A DNA stretch of 64,000 nucleotides from Octopus sinensis (Eukaryota). The notes beneath the pieces are model-generated. The model was not told where the DNA came from. It made no database searches and was given only the letters and a program-made list of their open reading frames with translations. The position numbers were made by a program, and so were the translations under genes. How positions within the stretch are numbered: position 1 is the stretch's first letter; each line of letters starts with the position of its first letter. The stretch is from the NCBI RefSeq assembly GCF_006345805.1, contig NC_043007.1:58652001-58716000 (forward strand). The letters run 5' to 3'. This document shows, piece by piece, positions 12,989 to 25,144 of the stretch.

Positions 12989-13679
12989 GGAGGTAAAGGA
13001 CATGGACCGCACCCCTTTTCAGTTTTTTTTTTGGGGGGGGGGGGTCCTACAGAAACGCACTTTTTCGACTGCGGAAGATTCCGAATCTGCAAAAAAAATC
13101 GGCATTTCAAAATTTAAACACCCCCCTCAATTTTTCACTTCTTTTAGAAATCTGTTTTGGCGAAATACGTAGAAAAATATGGAGATCATGATTCTAAAAA
13201 AAAATGTAAAATTTCAATTTCCAAAAAAAATAATAATAAACACCCCTACTACTAAAATAGCAGACGTAAAAAGTATCTAAACAGAAAACTCGACATGCTA
13301 GAAACAGCAGCTAAACGACGAATCACGTTTTCAAAATTTTAATTTTCCCCAACCACCCCCTTTTTTTTCTTTGGAGAGAGGGAAAATTAAAATTTTGAAA
13401 ACGCGTTTTTGGGGTTTTCCAAATCTTCAATTTTTAAGTACGCTCCAACCAAAAATCCAACAATCTAGAAATAACAACCACACCGAAGATCCACTTTCTA
13501 AATATGAATTACCAAAAAAGAAAAAAGAAATTTAAATGCCAGTTTGTTGTCGTGTGTGGGGGATAAAAATTTTGAAATGCCGATTTTTTTTTTTTTTTTT
13601 TCAGAATCTCTGCAGTTGAAAAAATGGATTTCTATAGAAAAAAAACCAAAATGGGGTGCGGTCCATGTCCTTTACCTCC
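12989..13679. mobile_element. Non-autonomous foldback DNA element with long TIRs
   Basis: Perfect 27-bp terminal inverted repeat GGAGGTAAAGGACATGGACCGCACCCC, imperfectly extending ~130 bp; internal perfect 24-bp inverted repeat (13326-13349 / 13380-13403). Confidence 0.85.
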
Positions 13680-14708
13680 AACAATTTTTTAATAGAAACT
13701 GCATGTTACGTAGAGTGTAAACAATATGTTTATACACTATATTTGTGGATAGAGAAAGACGGGACAGCTGCACATTCACCTTTGAATCCTAATTGGGATT
13801 ACCATCAACAGCTGCGTATCCTCTTCAAATATCCTGCCCATAAACTTATTAATATCAGAGTTTAAAGTAAACGAGTACTAATTTGCTGTTCACATTTTTA
13901 TAACAGTTAGAGCAAACATTAATTACTTGTGTGTTAACAGTGTTTCATTTCATTGCTATAATGTATTACAGAACATATCTATAGATTTATTAACCAACAC
14001 TGTGACGAATGTGACCATTGCTGTTACAGGCTTTTTTCTGTTTACCTTTCATTTTACATTTCCTTTAATTTTGTTCCAATTGATTTCAAATTTGGTGTAT
14101 AGCTTAGCATAGCTTGTCATATTCTTGATTTGTAATAAACATTGCTTTAAAATTAATTTAATTTATGTATCTCAATTATATAATTGTAGAATTAATGATA
14201 AAACAGCTGTTGAAAGTAATTGAATTATGATCTATCAGTGAAATTTATGCTTTTCCTGGCAACAGGTAGGACATCCAGCCATGGAAAATCTGTCTCAATA
14301 AATCCCATCTGACCCATGCAAGCATGAAAAAGTGGACATGAAAACAATAATGTCTATGATGATGATGATAATATATAATAAATTTACTTATGATTTACAT
14401 TTTAGATTGTTTTATGTTAAAGCATTATAGTCTTATAAAACTTGCTGTGGACCATCAAAAGTTTATTTATGATCTCTGGTGGCTCACCTGAACATCATTA
14501 ATATATCATATCCTGTATGATCTATGCTACTTTTTTGAGGTGGGAATAGGGGTCCTATGTGCATACTGTCATGTCATTTTTATCATTTAGTTGCCTATGT
14601 TGACTAGCAATAGCTGAACAATTTGCAAAAGTTCTGTATATATTCTAGTCATTCTATTTTATTATCTGTATATATGCATAAGCATAAATGTATTTTAAAC
14701 TAGATACA

Positions 14709-15070
14709 TGCTGGCGTGGCTGTGTGGTAAGAAGCTTGCTTCCCAACTACATGGTTCCAGGTTCAGTCCCACTGCATGGTACTTTGGGCAAGTGTCTTCT
14801 ACTATGGCCTCAAGCCAACCAAAGCTTGTGAGTGGATTTGGTGGACGGAAACTGAAAGAAGTCCACTGTACATATGTGTGTGTGTGTGTGAATGTGTTTG
14901 TGTTTGCCCCCATTACAGCATGACAACCAGTACTGGTGTGTTTACATCCCCATAACTTCGCAATTCAGCAAAAGAGACTGATAGGATAAGTAAATTTCAC
15001 TAAAATTTCTTCAAGGCAGTGCCCCAGCATGGCTACAGTCTAATGACTGAAGCAAGTAAAAGATAAAAGA
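14709..15070 (+). mobile_element. Full-length tRNA-head SINE
   Basis: GGCGTGGCTGTGTGGTAAGAAGCTTGCTTCCC...GGTTCAGTCCC head, central (TG)n, 3' ...ATGACTGAAGCAAGTAAAAGATAAAAGA tail; same family at 15486(-), 38008(+), 41178(-), 43810(-), 61345(+). Confidence 0.85.
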
Positions 15071-15485
15071 TAGATTCTTTTAAAATATTGTTTAGTCTCA
15101 GGTCAGCCCTGATTAAGCAGACATTTGATCAAAGGTATTCTCACCATAACTATCTCATCCTTTTGAAATAATCATGAAAAGGACTGCCATTCCATACATG
15201 CTTGGGAATAAGCCTATATATTCATAGTAAGTTGTTGATAATGAAAATTATAATTTTTCAGATTTTTTACCTCATCTTTAGAGAACAAAACATTTTTCTT
15301 TTTTTTTTCTTTTTTTTTTTGCTGCAATTCAATTAGTTTGATCATCGGTTGTTCTCAGGTGTTTTTACTTTTTGGATGTGTACTTAATACTAGACTGAAT
15401 TCAAAGTAGGAACCTATATTTTTAAACTAAGGATAAAAATGGTCTTATTTAAATCCAGCCTCATCTATATATATATATATATATA

Positions 15486-16287
15486 TTCTTTTACTTGTTT
15501 CTGTCATTTGACTGTGGCCATGCTTGAGCACTGCCTTTAGTCAAGGAAATCGATCCCAGGACTTATTCTTTGTAAGCCTAGTACTTATTCTATTGGTCTC
15601 TTTTGCCAAACTGCTAAGTTACAGGAACATAAACACACCAGCATCGGATGTCAAGCGATGTTGGAGGGACAAACACAGACACACAAACATATACATATAT
15701 ATATATATATATATATATGACATGTTTCTTTCTACCAAATCCACTCACAAGGCTTTGGTCGGCCTGAGGCTATAGTAGAAGACACTTGCCCAAGGTGCCA
15801 CGCAGAGGGACTGAACCCAGAATCATGTGGCTGGTAAGCAAGCTACCTACCACAGCCACCTACACACGCCACTCCTGCACATATATATATATATATATAT
15901 ATATTCTTTTACTTGTTTCTGTCATTTGACTGTGGCCATGCTTGAGCACTGCCTTTAGTCAAGGAAATCGATCCCAGGACTTATTCTTTGTAAGCCTAGT
16001 ACTTATTCTATTGGTCTCTTTTGCCAAACTGCTAAGTTACAGGAACATAAACACACCAGCATCGGATGTCAAGCGATGTTGGAGGGACAAACACAGACAC
16101 ACAAACATATACATATATATATATATATATATATATGACATGTTTCTTTCTACCAAATCCACTCACAAGGCTTTGGTCGGCCTGAGGCTATAGTAGAAGA
16201 CACTTGCCCAAGGTGCCACGCAGAGGGACTGAACCCAGAATCATGTGGCTGGTAAGCAAGCTACCTACCACACAGCCACTCCTGCAC
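15486..16287 (-). repeat. Tandem duplication (418-bp offset) of a minus-strand SINE
   Basis: 15486-15880 and 15904-16287 are identical except an 11-nt difference near the right end; separated and flanked by (TA)n. Confidence 0.95.
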
Positions 16288-17779
16288 ATATATATATATA
16301 TATTATATATATATATATATATTGTAGACATCTACAATATAACACCTGATAATGACTGGAGTTCAAACCAATCAGAATGTAGTGTTGATATAAATACTGA
16401 ACACATCTTTCAATTTCTAAAGATGAGATTAGTAATCTGAAAATTTTTATGTAATTTTATTGTTATAAAAAAACAAAACATATGTATTTGCTGTTTCTTA
16501 ATGAAATGTTTTTTTGTTTTATTTTCCAGCCATGAAATCTTCCACTGACTGTAGAAATTAATTCACATATCTCTTTTTAAATCCTTGCAAATTCAAACTT
16601 GCAGGCAGTTCTATAATTAAGATTTCTTTTTTTTTTTTCATCAATTTTCTTTTCTCTCCCACTCTGTCTTTATTTAAATAAAACTGGAAAAAATGTTAAA
16701 TTATAATAAAATTTGAAATAAAAGCTGTCATAGTTCACAGAAATACTCACACGTACAGTCTTAGAGTGTCAGCTGCAAATGCATAAAACACACATCATGT
16801 ACACTTGTAGACATTTGTGATAACAAGTTTCAAAAAGGTTAGATTAACAACTACTCAGATTCACAAAGTGGTCATACACAGGTTAAGAAAAGTCATGGAA
16901 GTTTGTCATCACAACATACATACATACATATATTTACATATGTTGATGCATACATATATGAAATTTGCTTAGCAACCACTTGGTTCTGGATTCAGTTCCC
17001 CTGTGTGTTATCTTGAGCAAGTGTCTTCTACTGTGACCTTAGAGAACCACAGCCTCTTGTGAATGTAGTTTGGGAGGTGGAGACTGTGTGGATGCCCATT
17101 GGATGTATACATGTGTGTGTGTATATGCATTAGATGACAATATCGGGATGTCAGAAATACCTTGTGTAATATATTTCAGTTTTGTCAAAAACATCCAATC
17201 AATTTTGCCTTTCATCCCTTCCAAAGTTGATATAATTGACTAAAACCCTTTGAGTCAGTGCCCCAGCATGGCCACAGTCCACCTTTTGAAACCTATATAA
17301 ACACTATTCTTAGCAAGGTATTTTTCTCTAAGAGAGCTCAACTAATGTTCATATATATCCTGAAATATTTGGGGTTACACCATTAAGTTTAGACAATGAA
17401 AATGAAAAGAAAGAGTTAACTTCTGGTACAAGATATAAAGGAAATAAGCATGAATGACAATTTTTCATGTGAATGAATAATGATCTTTTTCATTGGCGCA
17501 AGACCAAAATATGTAATAAAATAATGCTAATGAACAGATTGAGTTTGCCTTACTCAGAAATATAATTAAACTTTATAAAATCAGGGAAATATTTCTTTTG
17601 TATAATTTGATTTAACCAAAAAATGATGAAAATTTTTTTTTTAAATGGAAATATTACAATTAAAGGATAAATGAAATGTGACTAACTTTGTAACAGTTTA
17701 TGTGATGAGTTAATAAACTTGTGTGAAATCTGTTATTTGTTTTTATCTCAAATACTATTTCATTATTTGTTAGGGTATC

Positions 17780-19535
17780 AGATTCTCAACGTGGGTGGTG
17801 CTGCCCTCACAGGGCATTGGGCTTTATGGGGCAGTGGTATCATATACTTTTACCCATAGTAGTAATTATATGTGATAAAACTAGTAATGGTTATTAAAAT
17901 AAAATGAGAGAAGTATATATTTTAAAAACTGACAAGAATAGATGACATGGTGACTGTGTTTGTCCACCCCCACCATCGCTTGACACCAATGTTGGTGTGC
18001 TTATGTTCTTATAACTTAACAGTTTGGCAAAAGAGACCAATAGAATAAATACTAGGCTTGCAAAGACTAAGTCCTGGGGTTGATTTGTTTGACAAAAGGC
18101 AGTGCTCCAGCATGGCTGCAGTCAGATGACTGAAACAAGTAAAAGAATATGTGATGCTTTAAAAAATGAAGAATTTTCTTTACAACTTGAGTCAACTTTA
18201 CATGACAACGAATCTTTGTTGATGACCTACGCTCATTATATAAATTCAAATTCTGGAAATTATTGAAGAGATTCTGTTTGCACAAAAAGTTCTACAATTA
18301 TTAAGTTTGTTAAAAAAAATTTTAATACTTGTGTATCAGTTGTGATAGGCCATTATTGTGGATTTATAGCACATTTAAAGGAAGCAGTTCCACATATATT
18401 TGTAGTTCACTGTTATTCATCAAGAACTGAAAAAAATCTTAGTGGTAGACTATGTAACACATTGAATGATGTAATTAAAACAGTAAATAAAACCAAGACC
18501 CATTCATTGAATGACCATATCTTTCAGATGATTTGCCACAAAAAAGAAAACTATAAGTGACTCTTGTCTCATACTGAGGTGCGATGGCTTTCAAATGGAA
18601 ATTATTTTAAATATTTTTATCTCTATGAGCCCGTTTTAGAATTTCTTAATTTGTATGATGAGGACATATAATAAACTAAGCAACAAGAAAGTTGACATTG
18701 CATATCTTTCTGATATTTTCACTAAATTAAATGAAGCTAACATTAAATTGCAAGGAAATAATATGAATTAAAGCAAAGTTAATTGTAAATGCATATACCA
18801 GCAAATTATTCTACAAAGAGATATTATTGAGGAAAGATATTTTTAGTTTCCAAGCCTGCTCATAATAGAAGACAACGATAGCAATTTAATAATAGACACA
18901 GATATAGATTGCTATTGTTCTCATCTGCAGACACTGAAAGAAGACAATGATAAAGTTTAAAGATTTTACTCATCTTAGAGTACCTGATTGAGTCATAAAT
19001 CCATTTCTTTCTTCTCAACCAAGTTTACAAGAAAAAATTATTTCAAAGCTCAAGTATATTTTCAACAACTTGGTTATGAATTATTCTGGCCCAAAATGCA
19101 AAGCAAGTATTCTCAACTTTGGCAAGAAATTAAATTGTTGTCCATTGCTTTTCTTTCTTCACAATTAGAAGAGAGAGGATTCAGTGTAGTTTTGCAATTG
19201 CTGACTAAGCAACAAAATAGATTTGCAATAAGTCAAAGAGGAGACTTATGACCTCTTTTGACTAACATTGAACCTGATATGGAAAATTTAGCTAGATTTC
19301 ATAAGGCACAGAGAAATCATTAACTTGCCATGTACAAAGTAAACTTTTGTCTTTAGTTTTTTATCATTTCACTGTTAAAAGCTTATGCAATCCATTTTTG
19401 TGTGAAATTTATAAATTATTATCCATGCTAAGTTAGTTTAGTTGTGACACCTCACATGCCACTTAGGTTGGCACAAGGTATAACAACTACTTAAAAAGTG
19501 GTACTACAAATAAAAATAAAAGGTGAAGCACCACA
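17780..19535 (+). mobile_element. Decayed hAT (Buster/Charlie/ZBED-like) transposon, interrupted by a SINE 3' part at ~17945-18150
   Basis: Motifs HIFVVHC, LLSHTEVRWLSNG, YLSDIFTKLNEANIKLQG and the C-terminal LTNIEPDMENLARFHKAQ, with stops and frameshifts. Confidence 0.75.
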
Positions 19536-20343
19536 TGTCATTGTTGAATCAAACTATATTTCAAATATTTTCTCTCACTTTCTCTGTATTTCTTTGTCTT
19601 TTCCTTCACTTTCTCATTTCTTTGTATGTCTTCATCTTTCTTCTGTTATATATTATCAATAGACAGCAGCAATGCTTGTTTTACTTCTGTTCTCTAATAA
19701 ATTTTCTTTGAGAGTAAGAGAAGAAACGATTTTCACTAGAAAAAAACCACATGTTAGCAAAAGACAAGAAATTTAGAAAATGAGAAATGAAAGCACATGT
19801 ACTTTAATACTATATTATTTGAATTGTGCTGGGGTAGCCTTGAATTTCCTCCACAACAAAATGGCCTTTATATGCCTTCCATCATAAATTCAACTCTTAA
19901 TACCTTGCATAGAGCAACCACTCTAACTTATCTCCTTCTTCGGCAAGGGGTAGGGCTCTTTAAGACTTGAGAGTTACAATGAAACTTCAATGGTGGTGGT
20001 GTCATGTAAAAGCACCCAGTACACTAATGTGGTTAGTAATAGAGAGGGCATCCAACCATGGAAGTCAAATGAAAACAACTATTGGAGCAACATGTGGTCC
20101 TCTGACCTGTTGCATTCTGTGTAAGTATATCCAACACATACTATCATGAAAAGTAGAAATGAGGATAATGATATAAAGATGGACACACTAAATGGCTAGG
20201 CAGTGAGAGACTAGGTTTTTGAGACTTGACATAGACAGGCTACATTGTTCAATTACTGGTTAAAAGTTGATGGAGGAGCTAAGATTTCTTTTTATAATTG
20301 TTAAAAATGTGGACAATCAACTCAAATATATAATTTCAGCCCT

Positions 20344-20558
20344 GGACCACTTACCCAAAGGTGCGGTTGTATCGTTGGGCTAATACCAAAAGGTATAATT
20401 AAATTGTCTGGTTACTAGCTGAAAGGTGTCATTGCATTGAGCCACACACCAAGAGGTATGATTGTATTATTGGGCTACTACTAAAAGGAGTGAATGTATC
20501 ATTAGGCTACTTACCCAAAAATGTGATTGCATTAGTGGGATACTCACCCAAAGGTGTC
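20344..20558. repeat. Degenerate ~33-bp minisatellite (~7 units)
   Basis: Recurring GGCTACT-ACCCAAAGGTGT-ATTGCATT units, e.g. GGCTACTTACCCAAAAATGTGATTGCATTAGTG and GGATACTCACCCAAAGGTGTC. Confidence 0.7.
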
Positions 20559-22314
20559 TTTTTAGTTGTTATTCTATAACTTGCCCTCTATAAATGTCTA
20601 TCATTGTTAGAGGTTGAACTACTGGCATAAAACTTGTGTAATCACTTCCTCTCTAAGATCATATATATTTCTATAACTCTTTAATTTGTTAATATTAGAT
20701 ATTACCACGGCAACGACCTGGCAGAATCATCAGCACACCAGGCAAAACGCTTAGCAGTATTTCATCCTTCTTTACATTCTGTGTTCAAATTCCACTGAAG
20801 TCAACTTAACCTTTTATCCTTTCAGGATTGATAAAATAAGTACCAGTCAAGCTCTGGGGTCATTGTAACTGATGAAGTCTGTCTTCAGGACTTGCTTGCC
20901 TTGTACCAAAATTTGAAACTAATATTACACATTACAAAGTACCATTTTGATACTTAAAAAGAGAAATGGATCCACACAATGTATCTATTGCTTACTGGGT
21001 AATCATGTTGTCAATTACATGATGGAGTAACTACTATTTCTATTTCCTCAATCTAGATTAAATAATTTGTCTCTATTTTATTTCCATAACACAATTTGAA
21101 AATCACTTAGCCAGAACAAAATAGACTTTTTTTATTGACATTCAACATAGCCAGGTGTTCTATTTCAATTTGATATTCCAACAATAGCTAACCTATGAAT
21201 CAAGTTATGAAGTAACAGATTAAAGGTTAACATCTTAGCTGTTAATTCATTACTTATTGGTTGCTTACTTCCTTGAATGAAGCAAGTAAAATACTCTAGG
21301 TATTGGATGTAGTAACTTTAGTAAGCAGGCAGATATGTGTATGAATAAATAAATAGACAAATTGGTAATATAACAAACAGATAGACATACATTGACAATG
21401 GTGCTACAATAAATGAAACAGGATAAACTGTAATAAAACATCTACCCTCAAGTTGGTATCCATTTAGCTCACAGAACAATAACATTCTCGATTACAATTA
21501 CAGAAACATTCATCACATAAAAACACATACACTTACCACTACCATTACCAAGATTATTATATAAATACCATACAACCAAAGAAAGAGATCATTGAAAAAC
21601 TGTTGGGAGAAATTTAGATAAATCAATTAATTATTACACAAGTAAACTGCAATCAAAGTATTCACTTTTACTGGCCAATGACATCACCAAAATACGCTAT
21701 CAGTTTCAGCAAACACTTTCGCATCAAGAATCTGACAAAAACTAATAAAATATACTGATTTTTATTTTAGATATCTTACCCCAACAGCCATATATATATA
21801 TCTGTGCGTTTAGACTGATAGATCAGGTGAAATCAAGAAGTATATTACAGGCTATGACAGAATGTTACTGTTAGAGTTATGTATCAATATTGCACTCAAA
21901 GATATTGACATCTCTCCTTTTATAATGAAGGTATAAATATACCCTAATTGACTCGTAAAAAGAACCGAAATGAAATATAGTGAAATGGATATTTTACGGG
22001 GGGGGGGAGTTACTTCCCTTGGATTGATGTTTGCTATGATTGAACAGTGTTTGTGTGTGTGTGTGTAAGGATAACACGAAAATATTTTGTTTCTTGAGTT
22101 CCAGAAAGTACATGAATAGTGTGAATTTTTTAGAATGATTCTCCTCTTTTTATAAACCAAGGCTTACAATGCATATTTCCATTCAGATATTGTTCAGGTC
22201 ATTCTAGCAATTTCCAGTTGATTTTAGTTAGTTAGTTAATTAGTTAGTTAATTTGGCTCAAAAGCAACTAGCAAGGCCATGTAGGGGGACATGGAGTTAA
22301 GTACAGGGTGGTGT

Positions 22315-25144
22315 TCATGCAAAGAGTTCAGGCCACTTGAGGTCCAGGGAGGCTTTGAACAAAGCGGTCGTCGGCATCTTCACCATCTCGTCTGGCAGCT
22401 TGTTCCACGGATCCGCAACCCGGACGGAGAAAGCTCCTCTCCTTCGATTGAGATGAAATCGTCGCAGGTAGAGCTTTTCGGAATGACCCCGCTTATGATG
22501 TTGTGGGCGAGAATGAGATCACCACGGCGGCGGCGTTTTTCAAGAGAATAAAGGTCGAGCGTCCTCAGCCTTTCTTCGTAGGACAAATTTTTGAGACCAT
22601 GAACCATGCGGGTAGCCAGCCTCTGGACTCTTTCGAGGTGCTGTATGTCTTTGAGGAGATAAGGAGAAGAGGCTTGAATCCCATACTCCAATATGGGTCT
22701 CACCAGCGTGACATAGAGTGGCAGGAATATGGCTGCTGTGAGCATTCCGAATGACCGTCGAATCAAAAACAGAATTCCGCGCGCTTTGTTGGCAGCATGG
22801 ACGCACTGGGCCGAAGGCGAAAAGGAGGAATCCACCAAGATACCCAGGTCCTTTACCTGATCGGTCCTCTCCAGCAGCAGACGACCCAGCTCGAAATCAA
22901 GTTGAGTTGCAGGAGTAGAGCCGACAGGCAGATGACAGCACTTTGACACGTTCAGACACAGGTCCCAATCGTTAGACCACTTCCAAATTTGGTGGAGGCA
23001 TCGACGAAGATCCTCTATACTACCGCGAGGAGCGACCAGTTTGATATCGTCGGCAAATAGAAGGGTGTGTTGCGTGAGGTCGTCGGGCAAGTCATTTATG
23101 AAGACTAAGAACAACAAGGGCCCAAGCACTGAACCTTGAGGCACGCCACTGCTCGCACTGGAGACGTCGGACCGCGAACCATTAACTTGAACTTGGAAGG
23201 AGCGATCTGAGAGGAAGGCACCAACCCATCGTACAATATCCGGATGGAAACTATATGCTTGAAGCTTGACAAGTAGTAGGCGGTGGTTTACCGAGTCAAA
23301 AGCTTTGGCAAAGTCCAATAAAACGATGTCAACAGCATCACTATCATCGAGGATGCGCGTCACCAAAATCTTCCATTACTAGTAAGTTGGTCAAGCATGA
23401 TCTCTTCGGCACGAAGCCGTGTTGGGAATCAGTGATCGAAGCTGTGTTTAGGAGGTGGAGCATCATACTTTTCTTAAGGATGGTTTCGAACATCTTGCTG
23501 ATTATTGATGTAAGGGAAACCGGTCGGTAGTTTAGCGGCTTCGCGGCTCCCTTTCTTGAAAATTGGGCAGATTATCGCTGTTCTCCAGTCTGCAGGTATA
23601 ACACCCGTCGCCAATGACATATTGAATAGTCGTGTTAAGGGCTCGCAGATGACCGGAGCCAACGCTTTGATAACCCGTGGGTGTATGCCGTCAGGGCCGT
23701 GACCCTTGTTGACATCGAGGCCTTGAATAACACGTTTGACTTGGTCCCGCGTGATGATCAATCGAAGCATTGGAGGTACCGATCTATCAAATGGAGGGGG
23801 TTCACGACCATCATCTTGTTTGAAAATAGTTGAAAAAGCCTCGGCAAATAATTGACTCTGTTGATAAGGGTCCTCAATCGATACGCCTGTTGAGTCTACC
23901 AACGTTGCAATCTGGTTGTTCAAGCGGGAATTCCGCTGGACATGGGCAAAGAAGGTTTTTGGATTGCTACTGGCATTTGCCGCGATTTTGTATTCATAAC
24001 TGAAGCGTTCTTTCTTTTCAATTTTCACGGCTCGGTCTCGTTGAGTTTTGTACACCTCAAAAGCTGCAGTCGAATCCAGATTTTTGAATTCAGCCCAAGC
24101 AATATCTCTGAGTCGACGTTCTCGTTTAACCTTCTTCGTCACCCAGGGCTTGTGTTTCTTCCTCTTGGGAAGTCCAACGGGAACTGCCTGGTCAGTCAAA
24201 CAGATTACATATGCTTTGAGGGATGACCATAGTTCGTCAACTGAGGACAACGTCATCAGTGAACGCCAGTCCAGAAGCGCGGAAGCCTCGGTTAGAATTT
24301 CAAGATTAATTGCAGAGAAGACTCTACGTGGCAGCGAAGTAATCGTGGGCGTGGAAAAAGTTGTGTGCATGACGAACTTCAGGACCGCATGATCACTCTT
24401 GGCAAGAGGGGCGCACACAGATACGTCTGACACTGATCTTGGATAGCGGGAGAATACCAGATCTAGCATAGATGGCTGCTTCCCAGACCGATGCCTTGTC
24501 GGATATTCAACATGTTGCGAGAGAAAACAATCTTCAGCCACGTCAAGAAGGGCCTGGCCGAACCGGGAAGATGTTGTACAAATTGATGCGGGCCAATCGA
24601 TCGTGGGAGCGTTGAAGTCGCCTAGTACCAAGCAGTCATGCGAAGCTGAAACGAATCTTATCGCTTCGAGTAGATGAGCATCGTCCTGGGGGTCGGCTAG
24701 AGGCGGCCTGTAGACAGCCAACACGGGCAGGCAAAACTCAGATAGGCTCAGCTTGCAATAGACGGCATCGAATTTGGTTGTAGGTTGAGCATTTGTGGGT
24801 AGAATACCGCAGGACGGTTTGTGCTCAGACTTAGCATACACAGCAACACCTCCACCTCGCCTTTTTCCTCTGTCACATCTGAAAAGGACGTAGCCCTGCA
24901 GGTGGATCTCTGAGTCCTTTACTGCTGGAGTCAGCCAAGTCTCGGTGATAGCTATCACATCAGGGGAGTCGCGTAGGGCCAGTGTAAATAGTTCACTGAA
25001 CTTTGGGAATAAGGGGCACGAGTTGGTGTAGACGATGCTGAGCTGTGAAGTCTGAGGGGCGGGAGTTGGGGAACAAGCAGAATAAAGGGCATCAGAGATA
25101 GCATCGTTGACGGGGGTATCAACTTCACTTCGATTTGCCCTCAC
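22315..25144 (-). pseudogene. CR1 ORF2: apurinic endonuclease + reverse transcriptase, with two +1 frameshifts and a small C-terminal deletion
   Basis: APE motifs IVYTNS, AITETWL, GGGVAVY, VLGDFNAP, LDLVFS, SDHAVL; RT motifs NYRPVSLTS (frameshift ~23532), QHGF, LDFAKAFDSV, GVPQGSVLGPLLF, LFADD; frameshift ~23367; true C-terminus RGHSEKL...DPWNKLP...PELFA* ends at 22315. Confidence 0.93.
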
